Below are positions 29,153-39,037 of a stretch of 64,000 nucleotides of DNA, piece by piece. A program made the translations under genes and the position numbers. A model generated the notes under the pieces. It was not told the DNA's origin, did no database searches, and saw only the letters and a list, made by a program, of their open reading frames with translations. Origin of the DNA: a virus (lineage: Duplodnaviria; Caudoviricetes); IMG/VR virus record IMGVR_UViG_3300033069_001378, positions 188,527 to 252,526 of that record; one strand, written 5' to 3'. Each line of letters starts with the position of its first letter. The stretch's first letter is position 1.

Positions 29153-30568
29153 TCACAACAAGTTAGCTGCCTCTGTAGCTAGCGCACTTCTTTCTCCCTT
29201 TCGAAGAGAAACGTGCGACGCTAGGTTGCTATCTTTGAACTTTTCAATTGCAGTTGTAAGACCGTTTGTTACCGAGTCAACATGAAGGTTATCGATTTGC
29301 TCAATGTCGCCGATGAGAACAATCTTTGTGTTCTCGCCAACTCTTGTAACAATCGTCTTTAGTTCATGGTGGTTCAAGTTCTGAACTTCGTCGATAATCA
29401 TGAATGTGTTTGCAACGGAACGACCTCTCATGTATGTGATAGCTTCCATCTCAATGACGCCAGATTCAAAGTAATCGTGAAGAATCTTCTCGGTTTCAAT
29501 GTTTCTCTTGCCTTTACCGATCAAGTATCTAAGGTTGTCCTTGATTGGAGCAAGCCATGGTTCAAGCTTTTCAGCCTTGTCACCAGGCAAGAAACCAATG
29601 TCCTTACCTACAGCGTGAACAGGTTTTGTAACCATCAACGAATCATAACGCTTGCCGTTCTTCTTACCTTTGTTGAACTCTGTGTTGACCTGTTCAAGTC
29701 CCGCAGCAATTGACAAAATGGTTTTTCCTGTGCCGGAAAAGCCTGTCATTGTGCAAAGCTTAACGTCGTCGTTCATAAGCATATCAAATGCCATTCTTTG
29801 CTCAAGATTTCTTAGCTTCAAGGTATTTCCCTTGTAGTCAAGAAGCTTCATTCCCAAGCCTGTTGAAGCATCATAGCGCAATGTTTCTAGGGTTATGTTT
29901 GCTTCATCGCATCTAAGGGTTATGTATTGGTTTGGATATAGCTTATCATTGCAGTCCACAAGGAAAGGAGCTACCAATTCTGCAAGATAAAACTTACCTT
30001 GATGGTCTGGTCTGTTGAAGCATTCGTAATACGTTTGCATTACCTTGGAGTCAACTACAATTCTTCTGTGCCCTGTGTAAAGCTTGCTGACGTTTGAAAT
30101 GACAGCATCTTTTCTTCTATTCTCGCATGGAATCTTGAGAGCGTCACACTTGACTCTAAGAAGAACATCTCTGGTAACAAGAATTGGAGCTTCCAATCCA
30201 TTTGCCTTGTGGTGTCCGATAAGCTTTAGAGCGAAGTCGATGATTCTATTGTCACCTGTACGATAATCTCCAAGTTCCAAATGTCTTGGAACAGGAATGT
30301 TGTCGTAATCAGACAAGGAAGCAACCTTTAGGGTGCCACCAGATTCAAGAGGAACGCCTTCACGAAGATGACCATGTTCACGAATATAGCCGTCAAGCTT
30401 TCTGGATACTTCTCTTGCGTTGGTTCCAGCAGCGTCAGTTCTATCTTTGTGTCTATCGAGTTCTTCAATAACAACAAGAGGAAGCACAATATCGTTATCA
30501 TCAAATGATGTTAGTGATAGAGGATCGTCGAGAAGAATGTTTGTATCGAGGATATATGTCTTTTTCAT
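29153..30568 (-). CDS. phoH: PIN-domain PhoH-like ATPase (PhoH2/YlaK type)
   Basis: ILDTNILL PIN motif, GFSGTGKT Walker A, IGFLPG, YMRGRS, IIDEVQN, GDIEQID; start MKKTY. Confidence 0.92.
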   Translation of the reverse strand: MKKTYILDTNILLDDPLSLTSFDDNDIVLPLVVIEELDRHKDRTDAAGTNAREVSRKLDGYIREHGHLREGVPLESGGTLKVASLSDYDNIPVPRHLELGDYRTGDNRIIDFALKLIGHHKANGLEAPILVTRDVLLRVKCDALKIPCENRRKDAVISNVSKLYTGHRRIVVDSKVMQTYYECFNRPDHQGKFYLAELVAPFLVDCNDKLYPNQYITLRCDEANITLETLRYDASTGLGMKLLDYKGNTLKLRNLEQRMAFDMLMNDDVKLCTMTGFSGTGKTILSIAAGLEQVNTEFNKGKKNGKRYDSLMVTKPVHAVGKDIGFLPGDKAEKLEPWLAPIKDNLRYLIGKGKRNIETEKILHDYFESGVIEMEAITYMRGRSVANTFMIIDEVQNLNHHELKTIVTRVGENTKIVLIGDIEQIDNLHVDSVTNGLTTAIEKFKDSNLASHVSLRKGERSALATEAANLL

Positions 30569-30569
30569 T

Positions 30570-30950
30570 TCAGGTAGCATCCATTATTGGTTCAGCAGTT
30601 TTTTCTTTGATTTTCTCTGGCTTCTTTTTCGAAGAAGTCTTCTTAGCAGCTTTTTTCTTATTTTGTACTTCTTTAACAGCCTTTTTGGCTGGCTCCTTTA
30701 CTTCCTCTTTTTTTGTAGAATTAGCAACGACAACAACAGCGGGAGTTTCTTCCACTGTTGTATTGGCTTCATGTTCCTTGAGTTCGACAAGAGCATTTCT
30801 CAAAATCACAGGATTCTTCTTTTCAATCTCATCGGATGATCGGAAAGCAGGTGCCATGAATCCCTGCTCAGAAAGCTCCTTCTCTGTGTACGGAGTCTTT
30901 CTGTCCAGATTCTTCTCTTCAATGAAATGCATGATCTTCTTGAACGTCAT
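30570..30950 (-). CDS. hypothetical K/E-rich protein
   Basis: 126-aa ORF. Confidence 0.6.
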   Translation of the reverse strand: MTFKKIMHFIEEKNLDRKTPYTEKELSEQGFMAPAFRSSDEIEKKNPVILRNALVELKEHEANTTVEETPAVVVVANSTKKEEVKEPAKKAVKEVQNKKKAAKKTSSKKKPEKIKEKTAEPIMDAT

Positions 30951-31014
30951 ATGTTTTACCTCTATAAAATGGGTGTATTCTTAGATAGTATAAACAATAT
31001 GATTCGAATGAATA

Positions 31015-31200
31015 TCACTTATTCTTTTTGGATGCATTTTTGTGAGGCTTTGGCTTTTCTGGATCAAATACCTCTGGCTTCATCCCAACAGGCGAAGCAG
31101 AAGTTCCTGCAACATTACCCATCGATAAAGCATTCTGTTCCACAATGCTCTCAATCGCTTCTTCAATAAGTCTTTTGAGGAGTTCTTTTCCGTCATTCAT
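31015..31200 (-). CDS. small hypothetical protein
   Basis: MNDGKELLKRLIEEAIESIVEQ; ATGA overlap with upstream gene. Confidence 0.55.
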   Translation of the reverse strand: MNDGKELLKRLIEEAIESIVEQNALSMGNVAGTSASPVGMKPEVFDPEKPKPHKNASKKNK

Positions 31201-31811
31201 TGAATGTAGTCCTTTGCAATATCCCAGGCAAACTTTCCAAAACCACTTACGACAGCCAAGATGAGTGCCCACCATAGTTTATTGAAATTCTTGTGCGCTT
31301 CTACAGCACTCTTGATACTTGTTAGCTGCTTGTCTCCACCAATAAACAACAATGCATCATGGTCGCCAAGCAACGGCTTGATTTCGTTCTTAAGCTTCGT
31401 CTCTGTATCGGCAATATCGCGCTTCAAAGAAGTCTTTGAATCATCAAGGTGTCTCTCAAGAGCATCAAGTCTGCCAGTGATATTGACAAAGCCACTATCG
31501 TTCTCTTTGATTGACGCATAGATGCCCTTCTCGGGATCATAGATTGCATCATGAATCTTGTTTAGAGTACCTTCTCTTGAATCTGCGCTCTTCTTGATAT
31601 TCTCAAGGTCAGCTCCGTGCTTTGCAAAGTTTACCTTAACATCATTGATGTCATTTTTTAGTGAATTGATTTCAGATGAAAGTCTTTCAACGTTTGTGTC
31701 TGCTTTATCAACCTTATTGAGAATCTTCTCAAGCATCACCTCTGTCTTGAATTCAGACATAGCTGGTCCCGGAGGATAACCACTCTTTCTTGTTGGATCA
31801 TTTTCAGACAT
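31197..31811 (-). CDS. coiled-coil protein with C-terminal transmembrane helix
   Basis: Heptad pattern; LWWALILAVVSGFG. Confidence 0.7.
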   Translation of the reverse strand: MSENDPTRKSGYPPGPAMSEFKTEVMLEKILNKVDKADTNVERLSSEINSLKNDINDVKVNFAKHGADLENIKKSADSREGTLNKIHDAIYDPEKGIYASIKENDSGFVNITGRLDALERHLDDSKTSLKRDIADTETKLKNEIKPLLGDHDALLFIGGDKQLTSIKSAVEAHKNFNKLWWALILAVVSGFGKFAWDIAKDYIQ

Positions 31812-31864
31812 TGAACTACCTACTTCCTAGCCTATTTTGATATTGCGACGTATCGGTATTAAAT

Positions 31865-33322
31865 ATGCAAAAACACTCTTCTTTTATTCCCAAGTTAGAA
31901 CTTCATCAAACATTTTCAGAACTCATTGAAAACATGAGGGAAAAGCACTCGAAGCTTGGAGACATTTGTTATATATATGACAAAGAAGGACTAAAACTAG
32001 CCGAAACAGATACATATCAGTTCTTTATTAGCAATCTTTTGCCTAAAACTCCTGTGGAAAAGGTATTCTATGAGATGCTTGTTCGAACAATGTATCAGAT
32101 GGAAGTGAAGAGCGGCGGCTCTGCATACTTTGTGTTCTCATACGCTCTAAACCTTATGGAGCAACTTCTCAAAAATGAAGAGTTGGTCAAGACCCAAGAG
32201 AGTGTCTTGCATGAAGACCTAGAGACGTTCTTTGCATCAACACTCAAACCAATATTTGAATCAAGCTTCGCAGCAATCAATGACACATCTTTGAAACAGT
32301 ATGTGGATTCCTATACGGTGAACAATCGAGATCTTGGATGTGCTGTTCACGAATCCCTTATTTTATCGGGACTTGAGGGAAAGATTTTCGTAGAGAGTGG
32401 AAAACAATCAAACTACATAGTTGAACTAAAAAACGGTTATGTGTTCAAAAGCGTGGAACCTTTCAAGTTTCTTCTGGACAACGAAACCTCTTGGGTAAGA
32501 AACAATGTTAGAATGATGGTCATTGACGGAATCGTTGAAGAAGTTGCTGAACTGGACCAACTGCTTAACAAAGCTAGCGAAATCAAACAGCCTTTACTGA
32601 TCGTTGCTATGGGCTTTGGAGAAGAGATTGCTGCTACATGTAAGGCAAACAATGACAAGGGAAAGTTTGATGTTCAACTTGCCAAGTTCACAAACGACGT
32701 TTGGAGTTTGAACGTTGCCAATGACATTGCCATTGTCTGTGGAACTACTCCAATATCTTCAATGCAAGGGCACGTAGTAGCTTTTGTAAACTGGGATGAG
32801 CTTCCTGTGGTAGACAAGGTGCATGTTGGACTCAAAGAGATTTCAATTGAAAATAGAAATACTCAAACCAACGTTCTCATGCACATGAAAACCATAATAG
32901 AGAGAAAAAATAATGCCAACACTCTTGTTGAAGATATTCAAAACATCTATGACGCAAGATTGAAGTCGCTTGCATCTAACTCTGTGTATCTTTACCTTCC
33001 ACTTGTCTCCGAGATAGAGAACAAGTCACTTCGCATTACAATCGATAACATACTTCGAAATGTGAAAACCCTCTTAAACTATGGCACTTTGAACGAAGTG
33101 AGTTTTCTTGAGAAACTCAACGCAGTCCAAACAAGCACAGATCTAGACAAGATGATTAAGAAGACACTTGGACAGACAATAGCAAAACAGCAAAAAGTGC
33201 CACTTTTGACAGCAGCACTTGGAACTTATTTGGTAACGAAAATGTGTTTGATGCTTATCGGATCAAACGGTCTTATTTGTTCACATTCCCAAGCAAGCCG
33301 TTATTCATCAAAACAGATGTAA
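31865..33322 (+). CDS. divergent GroEL/Cpn60-like chaperonin
   Basis: GxEGKIFVE, IDGIVEEVAELDQLL..KQPLLIVA, NDIAIVCG match apical/intermediate domains; GDGTTT absent. Confidence 0.7.
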   Translation: MQKHSSFIPKLELHQTFSELIENMREKHSKLGDICYIYDKEGLKLAETDTYQFFISNLLPKTPVEKVFYEMLVRTMYQMEVKSGGSAYFVFSYALNLMEQLLKNEELVKTQESVLHEDLETFFASTLKPIFESSFAAINDTSLKQYVDSYTVNNRDLGCAVHESLILSGLEGKIFVESGKQSNYIVELKNGYVFKSVEPFKFLLDNETSWVRNNVRMMVIDGIVEEVAELDQLLNKASEIKQPLLIVAMGFGEEIAATCKANNDKGKFDVQLAKFTNDVWSLNVANDIAIVCGTTPISSMQGHVVAFVNWDELPVVDKVHVGLKEISIENRNTQTNVLMHMKTIIERKNNANTLVEDIQNIYDARLKSLASNSVYLYLPLVSEIENKSLRITIDNILRNVKTLLNYGTLNEVSFLEKLNAVQTSTDLDKMIKKTLGQTIAKQQKVPLLTAALGTYLVTKMCLMLIGSNGLICSHSQASRYSSKQM

Positions 33323-34928
33323 GCTGTCCAGGGTCTTTTCCAAGAGCCTGAGCCAAGGAGCCTATTGCTGTTTGGATATTTGGACGTCCACCTGCGGTCT
33401 GAGGAGCCTGTACGCCACCTGGGAGCTGACCTGTAGCTGTTGCTGATGGGTCTGAAGGATTCTTGTTTCCTGTCACTCCTGGCTTATCTGAAGGGTTCTG
33501 TTGACCTGTTGGTTGTGTCTTTGGCATAGGAGTTTGCTTCTGTTGAGTCAAGCCTGTTGTCAAAGCTTTGCTTAAGCCGTTGAAGAAATCTGATGCCTTG
33601 ATTGCTTCGTATAGAACAGCTTCCTGAACTGGTTGCTGACCAGCTTGAGGCTGTTGTTGCTCTCCACTACCATCTTGAGGTGCTGTTACCATCTTTTCAA
33701 CTTCTTCCATAATGTCTTCTACGATGTTTTGTGCAGATAGACCTGGGAATGGATTCGTCTTTCCAACATTTCCAAAGAAGTTAGAAATAGCCTTGAAGAA
33801 TCCACCTGTTGTTGCCTTTTGCTCAGACTGCTGAGCTACAGCAAGCAATCTCTTCGCTATGAAGTTGAAGTCTTCTTGATCAAGTTCGTTGTCTGTGAAC
33901 AACTTTTGAATTTCAGGAATTGCAGTTTTGATTCCTTGGAAAATTCCAATTGTGTGCTGAGCTTGTCCAAGTAAAGTTCCTAGAGACTTCTTGTCATTTG
34001 CATCAATAGCTCTACGCATCTGCTTTAACAAATTTCCCATCGCTGCTTCTGAAGCCTGAAGTCCCTTGCCTTTTAGTGATCTAAGAAGGTTTGCAATGAT
34101 GGCACTTGACTGATTGACCATCTGTTGTGTCTTTTGATCAAGTTGCTCTTCTAAAAAACTTTGAGATTCGCTCATCACCTGTTCCTCTGCTGGAGAAGGT
34201 GCTGTGATCGATGCCATTGGAGTTTCTGCAACTGGTGCTTGTGGTGCCATCTCTTGTTGTTGTTGCTGAACTGGCTCTGGCTCTCTCACTGGAACTACAA
34301 CAGGAACCTTTGGGATTCCGTTAACAAGGTCCATCAAGTCCGAATATGACATATCTGTAAGCTCTTTGACGATCGCATCGTACGAGTTCTTGTTTATGAT
34401 TTTTCCCCAAAGTCTTTGTTGGACCGTGGTTGGCTTAAGTGCTTGTCTGAAGCAGTTCACCATCATTTCGAAGTCAATTCCTTCAACTGCCTTAAGCGGA
34501 ATCGAGGAATTGCCCTCTTCTCTAGCCCTTTTGAATAAAGGAGCGGATAATACGATTTTTAGTTTATTCCTGAAGAGATCTGACATATGATTGTAAACGC
34601 TGGTGAGATTCTGAAGAAGCTCGCCGGTTCTCTTCTTTGAGCGGTACTTTGCGTTTCCGCTTATGACTTGATTTAGCTCATTTTCTGCATTGTCAATGAT
34701 GGAGGAAATGGTTGGCAATCTATCGCCATAGGTTCTTAGCTTGCTGTCGAACCTTTGGACCAAATCAATAAGGTGCTTTAGTACCTTTGGGTCAATGCCC
34801 TCGTTGAGAGGAATAACGTTTTCTTTGAGCCACTCCATTGCTCCGTCTTCGGTAATAAGTTCTTCTTTTTGCTTTGTCTTGTTTAATTCTTCGCGAAGTG
34901 ATGATATACTCATATTCATACCTACCAT
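33273..34928 (-). CDS. hypothetical protein (possible internal head protein)
   Basis: 551 aa, Q/P-rich linkers, many LxE sites. Confidence 0.65.
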   Translation of the reverse strand: MVGMNMSISSLREELNKTKQKEELITEDGAMEWLKENVIPLNEGIDPKVLKHLIDLVQRFDSKLRTYGDRLPTISSIIDNAENELNQVISGNAKYRSKKRTGELLQNLTSVYNHMSDLFRNKLKIVLSAPLFKRAREEGNSSIPLKAVEGIDFEMMVNCFRQALKPTTVQQRLWGKIINKNSYDAIVKELTDMSYSDLMDLVNGIPKVPVVVPVREPEPVQQQQQEMAPQAPVAETPMASITAPSPAEEQVMSESQSFLEEQLDQKTQQMVNQSSAIIANLLRSLKGKGLQASEAAMGNLLKQMRRAIDANDKKSLGTLLGQAQHTIGIFQGIKTAIPEIQKLFTDNELDQEDFNFIAKRLLAVAQQSEQKATTGGFFKAISNFFGNVGKTNPFPGLSAQNIVEDIMEEVEKMVTAPQDGSGEQQQPQAGQQPVQEAVLYEAIKASDFFNGLSKALTTGLTQQKQTPMPKTQPTGQQNPSDKPGVTGNKNPSDPSATATGQLPGGVQAPQTAGGRPNIQTAIGSLAQALGKDPGQLTSVLMNNGLLGNVNK

Positions 34929-34943
34929 ATTTCAGGTATAAAT

Positions 34944-35705
34944 ATGACTGAACAACAAACAAAACCTAAACGAACGCTAAGTTTGACAGAACTTATCTCT
35001 GCTGACAGGCAAGAGAATGAGCTTGCGTCAACAAAGACCGAGACAACATCGGCAGGAAAGAAGAATACTAAAGCATCAATTGCCGAAGTTCACAAGGCAA
35101 AAAAGGAAAACAGGTTCTATTTACCTGTATTGAGGCTCAACGATAAGTCGGCATGGGAATCCAAGCTGCTCTCCGAGCGAAAGCATTTAACGGATAAGTT
35201 AGCAACAGAAGCTTGCCTATCGAATTGTAACGGACATACCGGACTTAAGAGTGGATGCTGTAAGTTAGATCCAAATGACTTGGAGCACGTTCTTGGACCA
35301 ATCGGTGAAGATTGGATTGAAAGGACGATCAAATGGTTCCACAAAAAGGGAATGGCAGCAGTAACTCGCCATGACCTTGTTATCGATTTTGAAGAAGGAA
35401 AAATTCTCGGAGAAACCTTTTTCAATAGTCATCCTGTATTTATGAAAAAGGACACGTATCCGATTTTACGAATACAAGCTGACGGACCAAGGTTTGCTTG
35501 CAAATTCTTGAACGTACACACAGGAAAATGCACCATATACCCAATCAGACCAGAAATGTGTGCAAACTACTACTGCCAATATCTAAAATCAAACTTCTTG
35601 ATTAACCTAAAAAGAAGTCCAAACCATTCAGGAGAATGGACGGCAGTAGATCTAACAATAGAGCGAAAAAAGTCGTTATCAAAAAACGAAAGTGAAGACG
35701 ACTAG
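34944..35705 (+). CDS. YkgJ/UPF0153-like Cys-cluster (Zn/Fe-S) protein
   Basis: CxxxC..GCC ... CKFL....KCTIYPIRPEMCANYYC. Confidence 0.75.
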   Translation: MTEQQTKPKRTLSLTELISADRQENELASTKTETTSAGKKNTKASIAEVHKAKKENRFYLPVLRLNDKSAWESKLLSERKHLTDKLATEACLSNCNGHTGLKSGCCKLDPNDLEHVLGPIGEDWIERTIKWFHKKGMAAVTRHDLVIDFEEGKILGETFFNSHPVFMKKDTYPILRIQADGPRFACKFLNVHTGKCTIYPIRPEMCANYYCQYLKSNFLINLKRSPNHSGEWTAVDLTIERKKSLSKNESEDD

Positions 35706-35728
35706 AAGAAAACAGAAAGACCCCGAAA

Positions 35729-36322
35729 ATGACCAAGGTAACACAAAAAACAGTAGAGCCAGAGAAGCCAATCAGCGCAGTTGACAAGTGGAGAATTGCC
35801 GACACTCCAGGCAGCTTCACACTCAACGAAATTTTCGATATGACAACATTGATGGTTGCGAAGGCAAAGGATTCAATGGTTGACTACGAAATCTGTGTTG
35901 GTACCGACAGCCAAATCATCAAGCATGGTTATAGGTTCGTGACCGTTCTTTGTGTTTACCTTAAGGGTAAGGGTGGTATGTATTACTACTTCACCGACTA
36001 CAAGGAGACTCACAACTACAATCCTCACAACAAGAAGATGCGTATGTTCGATGAGGTTGGTATCTCGGTAGAGATTGCTAACGAGCTTTTCGAAAAGACT
36101 GGACTTACTTCGACGATTCACATCGACGCCTCGCCAGAGGACAAGAAGGAGTTCACGTCCAGCATCGTTGAGCAGTTGAAGGGTTACGCTATTTCCTGCG
36201 GTTTTGAAGTAAAGATCAAGCCAGATTCTTATGCTTCGTGCTTCCTTGCTGACAAGCACAGCAAGGCAAGAGTTGATAAGAAGAGAAAAAGGCATAGCTC
36301 AATTAGAAACAAAAAAGCTTGA
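35729..36322 (+). CDS. RNase H-like YkuK (DUF458) family protein
   Basis: VGTDSQ, IHIDAS, IKPDSYASCFLADKH. Confidence 0.8.
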   Translation: MTKVTQKTVEPEKPISAVDKWRIADTPGSFTLNEIFDMTTLMVAKAKDSMVDYEICVGTDSQIIKHGYRFVTVLCVYLKGKGGMYYYFTDYKETHNYNPHNKKMRMFDEVGISVEIANELFEKTGLTSTIHIDASPEDKKEFTSSIVEQLKGYAISCGFEVKIKPDSYASCFLADKHSKARVDKKRKRHSSIRNKKA

Positions 36323-36330
36323 ATGCTTAT

Positions 36331-36373
36331 ACTTCTGTAAGCCATGACGTATAAACTCATGGTTTACAGGAGT
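36331..36373 (+). promoter_or_regulatory. 17-bp hairpin sequestering the SD of the 36382 gene
   Basis: acttctgtaagccatga / tcatggtttacaggagt, two G-U pairs, loop cgtataaac. Confidence 0.6.
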
Positions 36374-36381
36374 TTACATTT

Positions 36382-36789
36382 ATGTCTACAACACTAGCTG
36401 ACAACATCAAGGCAGCAAAACAAAAGCTACGTCAAGCAATCGAACGAAAAGTCTTTGAATTCAATGACAGAAAAGTCAAAGAACAAGTCATCGACTTCAC
36501 CGTTCTCTATCTTCGTAGAAACAACATTCCACACGACTCTGAGCAACTCGCCAAGATCTTTGACGTGTTCCGTATGGGCGTTGACGATGCTTACTTCAAG
36601 AATATTGACATTCTCATGAATCAAATCGATTCAGATATCAATACTTTTGCGGAGACAGTTGACCCTTTGGATTCTACCAATACACAGAGCTCCAGCGGCA
36701 CGAAGGTATTGGCAGAAGTAAGAGTATCAGCGGAACCAAAAGCAAGCAAGGGGGCTGGCAAGGCTTCCAAAACTTCAAAAAGTCGCTGA
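36382..36789 (+). CDS. hypothetical protein
   Basis: AGGAG SD, 135 aa. Confidence 0.7.
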   Translation: MSTTLADNIKAAKQKLRQAIERKVFEFNDRKVKEQVIDFTVLYLRRNNIPHDSEQLAKIFDVFRMGVDDAYFKNIDILMNQIDSDINTFAETVDPLDSTNTQSSSGTKVLAEVRVSAEPKASKGAGKASKTSKSR

Positions 36790-36912
36790 TAGAAAAGCTG
36801 TCACTATGGAGAGAGAAGACGACTGGCTTCGTTCGAGGCAAGTTGAGATTCTTGCTTTATGTCATTTTGCTTATTTCACTTGTTGGGAACTTATTAGGAT
36901 ATTTCAGCAGTC

Positions 36913-37479
36913 ATGGCAGTAAAGAAACAACCCAAAACATCAACAACAGCACAACAAACCTCGTCAGTCAAAGAAGAGGACACGAGTAATATCCTAACAG
37001 CGGATTACACAAAACACTTGATTGAATGCAAGTGTGTTAATCCATTGTTCAAAGAAGTTGAGCCGATGGTGTTTCATAAGTTCGTCGTGTTTTCAGAAAT
37101 GGATCCAAAGACTTATGGAATCAAGCCTTCATATGCTCAATGCAACAACTGTGGAATGATTCACAAGATCATTGACATTGGAGTCTCAGCCGTTCTCAAA
37201 AAAGAAGAGAGTACGTTGGTCCCCTCTGTTGATGACATTAAGTTCAGCCTTCCTACACACCTAAGAACAGTCTTGGAAAAATACGACGCGCCAATCCACG
37301 TTTGGCAAGAAGTTAAGTTCATTGTAGACAACAAGCTGTGGGGAAGATTTGTGATCTTGTCAAAAGAAAAAGACAGTGCCGAAGCTACTGTCTTTCATGG
37401 TAAGTATTTGATTATTATCAGCGAAGCTTTGATGAAAGTTGAAACCTTCGAACAAGAAGAAGGCTACATTTCTATCTAA
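36913..37479 (+). CDS. hypothetical Zn-binding protein
   Basis: IECKC ... QCNNCG. Confidence 0.7.
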   Translation: MAVKKQPKTSTTAQQTSSVKEEDTSNILTADYTKHLIECKCVNPLFKEVEPMVFHKFVVFSEMDPKTYGIKPSYAQCNNCGMIHKIIDIGVSAVLKKEESTLVPSVDDIKFSLPTHLRTVLEKYDAPIHVWQEVKFIVDNKLWGRFVILSKEKDSAEATVFHGKYLIIISEALMKVETFEQEEGYISI

Positions 37480-37488
37480 TAGAACTTA

Positions 37489-38007
37489 TCATTTTACCCA
37501 AGTCCAATCTTCGGGATTCCTGCCTTTATTTTTTTCTCTTGTTCGTTCCATTTCCGCAGCCCATTCATTGTCTGATCTACGCTTCTCTTCTTTTCGTTTT
37601 CTAACTTCTTCTGGCGAAAAATATTGTTTAATTTCATCTTCTGTCCAACCTAGACCACGAAGACGGGCTTTTTCTTTCTTAAGCATATCTGCGTTCATTT
37701 GCTTTGCATATTTTTCGTTGTCTGCTTGAATCTGCTTAGCATTACGCCTCGGTGCGGCATTAACTCTGCCACCTTTTGATTTAGCGGCTTTGATATTATA
37801 CATAAGTTTTTGAAAGAAAATGCTATCAAATGCACCAACAAGTTTACCGCTAAGTGCAAGTGGGATAACTTCATTATTGACAATATCAAGAACTTTTTGC
37901 TCTAGGCTTTTCGCAAATTTAGCCTCTTTATCAGATAACACATTAACTTCTTGTATTTCCAATTCTTCTTTGATTACTTGTTTGAGTTGTTTTGTGGTTA
38001 ATCTCAT
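37489..38007 (-). CDS. hypothetical protein with MRLTTKQLKQVIKEE leader
   Basis: Start at 38007 preferred. Confidence 0.65.
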   Translation of the reverse strand: MRLTTKQLKQVIKEELEIQEVNVLSDKEAKFAKSLEQKVLDIVNNEVIPLALSGKLVGAFDSIFFQKLMYNIKAAKSKGGRVNAAPRRNAKQIQADNEKYAKQMNADMLKKEKARLRGLGWTEDEIKQYFSPEEVRKRKEEKRRSDNEWAAEMERTREKNKGRNPEDWTWVK

Positions 38008-38030
38008 TGCAGGGTCTTTCTGATAAATTC

Positions 38031-38981
38031 TCAATCTGCTCCGCGATTCTTGTTTAGAGCGCCTGCATAGACGTCAACTCCGTACCATTCATCTCCTGGC
38101 TCTACTTGCTTTGATAGAACTTTAGGAGCAGCAGGGGCAGGTCTTGATGCGTTTAAGTCATTCCAAGCTTGCTTTGCTGCGAGTCTTACTTCTCTTGGAA
38201 GTGCTTTGTTGTTAACGGTCTTGGCAAGCTCTCTCACCTTTTCAACATAAGAAGCTTGGTCCATCTCTTCTTCAAGAGATTGCATTCCAGCAGCTTGCTT
38301 CATTGCCGCTCTCTTCTTTGCAGCAGCGATTCTCTCGGACTCAGCAGAAGGAGTTCCTGCAAGTGCCTTTGCTGCTTGTTGAGATTGAACTCCACCAGCT
38401 CTACCGAAAGGTTGAGCGTCGTCAACTCTTGATTCTTTCTTCACTACCTTCTTCATTGGAATAACGCCATCTACGCCATTTCCATTGGATTTGACAGGCT
38501 CGGCACTTGGAAGAGGAGATAGATTGTAGTAGTTTTCCTTGACAATCTTCTTTACAATCTGACGAATGACTTGCTCCTCAAGAGTAGGATCAGCGGACTC
38601 TTCAAATCTTTCATGACCACCAAGACGTTCTTCGCGATCATTGTGAGCATAGAACTCATAGTCGTCTTCGAAGGGATGCATATCGTTAGATTCTTCCTCA
38701 TCCCATCTGCCTCCAATGCCAGCCTGATCATAGAAGTCATCATAGTCTGCATCATATTCGCCATCATAGGTATCGAATGTTACATCGTTTTGAATGAGGT
38801 TTTCTTCATCATCAAATGGGCTATGTTCACCAGGAAGTTCTGTATCAAGGTCAGAGAGATCATCAAAACTTGAATCAATCTCTGCTCTGTTAACATCTGC
38901 TCTTGTGGAATGAACTTCTGTTGTCATCTTCTTAGCAAATTCAAGAAGCTGTTCTTTTGATAGTTTGATTGTTGTTGCCAT
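38031..38981 (-). CDS. acidic hypothetical protein
   Basis: Start MATTIK (38981) downstream of TATTTA motif. Confidence 0.65.
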   Translation of the reverse strand: MATTIKLSKEQLLEFAKKMTTEVHSTRADVNRAEIDSSFDDLSDLDTELPGEHSPFDDEENLIQNDVTFDTYDGEYDADYDDFYDQAGIGGRWDEEESNDMHPFEDDYEFYAHNDREERLGGHERFEESADPTLEEQVIRQIVKKIVKENYYNLSPLPSAEPVKSNGNGVDGVIPMKKVVKKESRVDDAQPFGRAGGVQSQQAAKALAGTPSAESERIAAAKKRAAMKQAAGMQSLEEEMDQASYVEKVRELAKTVNNKALPREVRLAAKQAWNDLNASRPAPAAPKVLSKQVEPGDEWYGVDVYAGALNKNRGAD

Positions 38982-39037
38982 TTGTTGTTTCACCCAGGTT
39001 TGTAAAAGTAAATATGGCAAATCAAACAAAAATGCTA

